From contig NC_017459.1 in the NCBI RefSeq assembly GCF_000237865.1, positions 2,880,001-2,912,000 on the forward strand: DNA of 32,000 nt, given 5' to 3'. Below the pieces are notes generated by a model. That model did no database searches and was not told the DNA's origin. It saw nothing but the letters and a program-made list of their open reading frames with translations. Below are positions 27,723-32,000 of the stretch, piece after piece. How positions within the stretch are numbered: the first letter of the stretch is position 1; each line of letters begins with the position of its first letter. Position numbers and translations under genes: made by a program. Source of the DNA: Haloquadratum walsbyi C23 (lineage in GTDB: Archaea; Halobacteriota; Halobacteria; Halobacteriales; Haloferacaceae).

Positions 27723-29636
27723 TCAATCGTCGGAGAGTTCTGGAGGTCCGCCTGAATTGGCACTACGACCGCTATCAGCATCAATCGAACCCATGCGGAG
27801 ATCAACATCGCCGGTGCCGATGGCAACTGGCTTTCCAACAATCACATTCTCAATAACGCCTTCAAGATCGTCTTCCTCACCATGAACAGCTGCATCAAGA
27901 AGATGATTCACTGTAACCTCGAATGCCGCACGGGCAAGGACGGAGTCTTTCGATCCAGAGATACCATGTCGACCAATAGACTCAATCTCACCGCGGTTTG
28001 TCATGATATCTGCAACAAGCATCAGATGTCGAACGTTCACATCATCAAGTCCCTGTTCGCGGAGCGTCTCCATTGTTTCATTAATGATTGACTCACGGGC
28101 TGCTTCAATACCGAGATTGCGATGGACCTCGTGGATATTGTTACTCGTTGTGCGTGAGGCATCAACACCCTCGATTGGTAAGACGTCACCCAGAGCTGAT
28201 CCTTCAGTATAAAGGACAAATTCCTCACCGTTTGTCCGTTCATTATCTTCTTTCCGAATAACAACTCGAGAGATATCCTCAAGACCCTTGAATACGATAT
28301 CACGAAGCTCCTCGACAAGTTGGAGGAGTCGTCGATAGCTTGGTTCACTGGGACCGAATTCAATGAGCATTTTCTCTCGTCGTGTTGAGACACCAAGATT
28401 ATTCTCGATTATATCTTGAACCTCTTCGGCAATAAGATCGGCATCACCGATAGTTGGCCAGCGCTCATTCAGTGTTTCCGCGTTCAGATCAACTTGCACA
28501 AGCATATCAGCAACATTCGTCGAGATATCACCTAATGCAAGGATTTTCGTCGCTTCCATCTGCCAGACTACCTCATGCGCACGCGGTCGTTCATTCGCGT
28601 ATTCCTCTTCGAGATATACTGTCATCGTCGGTGTATCTGGTGTTTTTCTGGCATCGACGAGTTCGATAAGTCGTGGGAGTCCCTGCGTGACGTCAATCTC
28701 CGCAACACCAGCATAGTGGAACGTGTTCATTGTATTATGTGTCACAACTCCCTCACCAGTTGTGAACGTTTCAAGTCCACTTACCGAAAGATCATAGACA
28801 TACTCATACTCTGGAGCAACAGTCTCAATAGAACTGATGCGTTCCCACGTTGCTGACCCAATGATTCCAGCAGATGTTATTGAGGTACTGTCTCTCTCAG
28901 CGTTCGCAGTTATATTTGTATTCGGTTCGACTGTACCGCCATCAGCAGCGACAGACTGCGATTGGAGGGGAACCGAGATAGAACCACTTGCGTGATCATA
29001 TGAGCCGACTGTCGGGAGCACATCGCCCATAACAAGCGTTTCTCCTGCAACCGGGAGAACATCCCCATCGCGACGAGTAACAAATGAATGCGCTTTTGTC
29101 GCCCGGATTGACCGTCCTGACTCGAGTTCAATCAAGAGAATTTCATCTGGGCTTGCATGCCGACTTACAGCCTCGATGTGCTTCCATCTAATTTGCTCAT
29201 CAGTGTCAAGACTTGGAACTTCAAGACCGTTTGGAGCAAGTGCAATCTCATGCCCATCAGTGATCCGAGTCTCTTGATTATCAGCAGTGAGGATGGTATC
29301 AACAAATGAACCAATCTCAGTCAGTTCTGTCTCACCATCACGACGAATCACAATCGATTCATCAGCTTCAATTGACATTTGTGTCCCAGGCTCTCCGATC
29401 GATTGGGCTGAAACCGTTCCGACCGGGTCATGAGCGTCGACACGAGAATCTTCATACCGGGAGGCAATCGCCTGTGCAATGTCGTCGACCTTTTCCGTTG
29501 GAACCTCTCCACGTTCTTCGATTGTCTCATAAATGCGATGTTGGAGACTCTCCGGGAGGTTATAATCATCAACGATTGCAGCGATATCATCCGTTATATG
29601 CTCGTACTCAGAAGCATCAGTAATCGTTTCAGTCAT
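27723..29636 (-). CDS. rpoA2: DNA-directed RNA polymerase subunit A'' (intein-containing precursor, 637 aa; about 423 aa after splicing)
   Basis: From ATG 29636, which overlaps the rpoA1 stop by 8 nt (ATGACTGA): [13 protein letters not shown]...[13 protein letters not shown] | intein | [30 protein letters not shown]... The ORF-track start at 29789 lies inside rpoA1 and is not credible. Confidence 0.95.
   Translation of the reverse strand: MTETITDASEYEHITDDIAAIVDDYNLPESLQHRIYETIEERGEVPTEKVDDIAQAIASRYEDSRVDAHDPVGTVSAQSIGEPGTQMSIEADESIVIRRDGETELTEIGSFVDTILTADNQETRITDGHEIALAPNGLEVPSLDTDEQIRWKHIEAVSRHASPDEILLIELESGRSIRATKAHSFVTRRDGDVLPVAGETLVMGDVLPTVGSYDHASGSISVPLQSQSVAADGGTVEPNTNITANAERDSTSITSAGIIGSATWERISSIETVAPEYEYVYDLSVSGLETFTTGEGVVTHNTMNTFHYAGVAEIDVTQGLPRLIELVDARKTPDTPTMTVYLEEEYANERPRAHEVVWQMEATKILALGDISTNVADMLVQVDLNAETLNERWPTIGDADLIAEEVQDIIENNLGVSTRREKMLIEFGPSEPSYRRLLQLVEELRDIVFKGLEDISRVVIRKEDNERTNGEEFVLYTEGSALGDVLPIEGVDASRTTSNNIHEVHRNLGIEAARESIINETMETLREQGLDDVNVRHLMLVADIMTNRGEIESIGRHGISGSKDSVLARAAFEVTVNHLLDAAVHGEEDDLEGVIENVIVGKPVAIGTGDVDLRMGSIDADSGRSANSGGPPELSDD
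28734..29375 (-). other. Mini-intein (214 aa, Ser1 ... His-Asn / +1 Thr), no homing-endonuclease domain
   Basis: It interrupts the invariant GEPGTQM|TMNTFHYAG. The N-terminus is [14 protein letters not shown] (block A). Block B is [12 protein letters not shown] (TxxH). Blocks F/G are [23 protein letters not shown], followed by Thr. The segment between them is low-complexity with no LAGLIDADG or HNH motifs. Confidence 0.88.
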
Positions 29637-32000
29637 CAGATTCCACCCCGAGATTCCGCGCCTTATCAAGCCCTGGACCGGCATATTCTGAAATGTTCGT
29701 TGGTCGTTCCTGCCGACCAAGGAACTGTGCTTTCTCCTCATCAGACTCAAACTCTGACTCAAGAATACGGTCCGCAACACTCTCGACATCGATTGGTGTG
29801 TCTTTGTTTGAAGAGACCTTCACTGGGGATGTTCCATCTTCACCGAACTCAAATTGAACGACATTACCGGATGTATCTCGAACTGTGCCATCATACTGTG
29901 CCTCTAACTCTGAAAGAGCATTAATGAGCCGTCGCTGGAGATATCCAGACTTTGATGTTCGAACAGCTGTATCGACAAGTCCTTCACGACCACCCATTGC
30001 ATGGAAGAAAAACTCTCGCGGTGTCAATCCACCACGATAACTGTTTTCAACAAATCCATGCGCTTCTGCTGAGAGATCATCAGGCTGATAATGGCTGAGT
30101 GTTCGACCTTCATATCCACGATTGATTCGCTCGCCACGAACCGCCTGCTGACCAACACACCCAGCCATCTGTGTGAGGTTCAACATCGACCCACGAGCGC
30201 CAGATCGTGCCATCACGACAGCGGGATTGTCATCTTCAAAGTGATCCTCAGCGATTTCACCAGCAGAATCACGTGCCTTTCCAAGTTGCTGCATAATCTT
30301 CATTTCGAGCGTTTCATCAACCGTCCGTCCTGGGAGCGACTCGAGCTCACCATCTTCGTACACATCAATGAATTCATTGACTTGGTCATACGCACCTTCA
30401 ATCGCCTCATCAACCTGCTCATTTGCGGCTGGTGGAATCGATTCATCATCAATGCCAATCGAGAAGCCAAAGTGCATGATTGCCCGCATTGCTAATGAGG
30501 CAACCTCATTGACAAACACACGAGCCCGCGTCTTCGAGTGAACTTTCGCAAGTGTATCCACAACCTCACCACCGAAAGCGCCAACAGCGTTTTCATCAAT
30601 TGTGCCAGCGATAAGTTCACCATCAACAATCTCAACGGTATCACCTGCAGCAGAGGTGAACTCAAGATTCAGGTTATCCGGAAGTAGTTCACTGAACAGC
30701 TGTCGACCACTCCAATATGGGCTTCCATCTTCGGTTTGACCTGCAGCCGGTGGAAGGTTATCAATGCTTGTTGCTCGGAGAAGATCAAGCGCTTGGGTTT
30801 CACTAAATTGTGGGTTTCCGTTCGTGAGAAGATATGTTCCTGAAATATGATCCTGAATTGCTCCAATGATATTTTCACCGAATCGAGGGCTCAGGAGTTG
30901 TTCTTGCACACGCATCAATACCCGTGCCTCCGCACGCGACTCTTCAGTCTGCAATGCGTGCATATTCATCTCATCGCCATCGAAATCAGCATTATATGGC
31001 GGACACACAACCGTATTGAGTCGGAATGTCTTATATGGCATGACAACAACTTCATGTGCCATAATCGACATCCGATGGAGTGATGGCTGCCGATTGAAGA
31101 TTACAATATCCCCATCAATGAGATGTCGGTTTACCTCCCAGCCAGCATCGATCTTTTCTGCAAGCTCTTCACAATTTTTCTCCGTGACTTTGAGTCGTCG
31201 TCCATCCGGTCGCTTGACATAATTTGCACCAGGATGTCCCTCCGGACCGTTTCGAACGTACTGTTGTGCACGATCAACATTCCGCGCTGTGACATTCATC
31301 GTTTGTGTCATTTCACGAGCAACACGCTCTGGGACACCGACCTCATTAAGTGAGAGTGTTGGATCCGGTGAAATAACTGTTCGCGCTGAGAAGTTCACTC
31401 GCTTTCCTGAGAGTGAGCCACGGAATCGACCTTCCTTTCCTTTCAGCCGCTGACTGAGTGTCTTGAGTGGTCGACCAGACCGATGTCGGGCAGGCGGTGT
31501 TCCCGAGATTTCATTATCGATGAACGTTGTCACATGGTACTGAAGCAGCTCCCACAGATCCTCAATAATAAGCTGTGGAGCACCTGCCTCACGATTTTCC
31601 ATAAATCGCTGATTGATCCTGATAATATCAACAAGTTTGTGTGTTAAGTCATCTTCAGACCGCTGTCCATTGTCGAGTGTGATCGACGGTCGAGCTGTCA
31701 CCGGTGGAACCGGAAGGACAGTCATGACCATCCATTCCGGACGAGCTCGGCTTGGATCGATACCGAGCGTTCTGATATCTTCATCTGGGATACTCTCAAA
31801 CCAATCCCGAATGTCAGAGGCCATGAGCTTGTTCATATCCTCTTCTGTCAGGTCAATATCGAGTGCACTCTCGAGTTCCTTGCGATCTTCTCCAACCGGA
31901 CGGAATTCCCCAGAGAGGATATTATTGATGCGCTCGACATTGATCCCTGTAGCGTCGGCCAGCGAATTCGGTGAGAGACCGCTGTCGCTATCATCGTCAG
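29629..32000 (-). CDS. rpoA1: DNA-directed RNA polymerase subunit A' (C-terminal ~790 codons; N-terminus lies right of the window)
   Basis: The frame is open from the window edge: ...[68 protein letters not shown]... It contains the catalytic [13 protein letters not shown] motif and ends ...NLGVESDD*. Confidence 0.96.
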   Translation of the reverse strand, partial: DDDSDSGLSPNSLADATGINVERINNILSGEFRPVGEDRKELESALDIDLTEEDMNKLMASDIRDWFESIPDEDIRTLGIDPSRARPEWMVMTVLPVPPVTARPSITLDNGQRSEDDLTHKLVDIIRINQRFMENREAGAPQLIIEDLWELLQYHVTTFIDNEISGTPPARHRSGRPLKTLSQRLKGKEGRFRGSLSGKRVNFSARTVISPDPTLSLNEVGVPERVAREMTQTMNVTARNVDRAQQYVRNGPEGHPGANYVKRPDGRRLKVTEKNCEELAEKIDAGWEVNRHLIDGDIVIFNRQPSLHRMSIMAHEVVVMPYKTFRLNTVVCPPYNADFDGDEMNMHALQTEESRAEARVLMRVQEQLLSPRFGENIIGAIQDHISGTYLLTNGNPQFSETQALDLLRATSIDNLPPAAGQTEDGSPYWSGRQLFSELLPDNLNLEFTSAAGDTVEIVDGELIAGTIDENAVGAFGGEVVDTLAKVHSKTRARVFVNEVASLAMRAIMHFGFSIGIDDESIPPAANEQVDEAIEGAYDQVNEFIDVYEDGELESLPGRTVDETLEMKIMQQLGKARDSAGEIAEDHFEDDNPAVVMARSGARGSMLNLTQMAGCVGQQAVRGERINRGYEGRTLSHYQPDDLSAEAHGFVENSYRGGLTPREFFFHAMGGREGLVDTAVRTSKSGYLQRRLINALSELEAQYDGTVRDTSGNVVQFEFGEDGTSPVKVSSNKDTPIDVESVADRILESEFESDEEKAQFLGRQERPTNISEYAGPGLDKARNLGVESDD

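Noticed and set aside
29637-29789. Upstream extensions of real genes in the ORF track: rpoA2 to 29789, fusA to 24415, hom to 21162, rps7 to 26511, HAD to 5620, binding protein to 17138.
   Set aside because: Each extension overlaps the preceding gene or spacer and is non-acidic. Each also precedes an ATG that gives the canonical conserved N-terminus.
1-32000. CRISPR arrays, cas genes, toxin-antitoxin pairs or other recognisable defence operons.
   Set aside because: I found no regularly spaced direct repeats and no gene set resembling these. The only RNA-guided component is the transposon-borne TnpB.

Overview
This looks like a low-GC haloarchaeal chromosome segment. The gene content, very acidic proteins, long AT-rich spacers and an intein in rpoA2 fit Haloquadratum walsbyi or a close relative; that attribution is from memory, with no search run.

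Layout:
- 17.8-32 kb, almost all minus strand: the conserved information-processing cluster rpoA1 - rpoA2 (intein) - nusA / rps12 - rps7 / fusA / ACT-hom / tuf - rps10 - tRNA-Ala. One plus-strand HExxH gene sits between rps7 and fusA.
- 12.9-17.1 kb: a four-gene PotABCD-type ABC importer.
- 0-9.6 kb: scattered metabolic genes. These are a GMC oxidoreductase pair, an FAH-family gene, an MBL hydrolase, a HAD-IIA phosphatase, a zinc-finger protein, a deaminase and a secreted SNase-LTD nuclease.

The window carries at least five copies or fragments of IS200/IS605-family (IS1341-group) tnpB elements, plus a MITE with Tn5/IS4-like ends.

Most notable observations:
1. A three-deep nested insertion at 9.7-12.8 kb: a MITE inside the left-end hairpin of an intact tnpB IS, which itself sits inside the tnpA of an older, decayed tnpA/tnpB element.
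2. An apparently intact 451-aa TnpB with a recognisable omega-RNA/right-end module, an inferred TTAT target motif and a D/G triplet expansion in its zinc finger.
3. Omega-RNA/right-end modules that persist next to host genes after the nuclease gene has decayed.
4. A 214-aa mini-intein in the RNA polymerase trigger loop.
5. A 317-nt GC-rich island (6800-7116) with wobble-supported helices on the minus strand. I cannot assign it confidently to RNase P or SRP RNA.

I did not find a convincing novel multi-gene system: no CRISPR array and no obvious defence operon.
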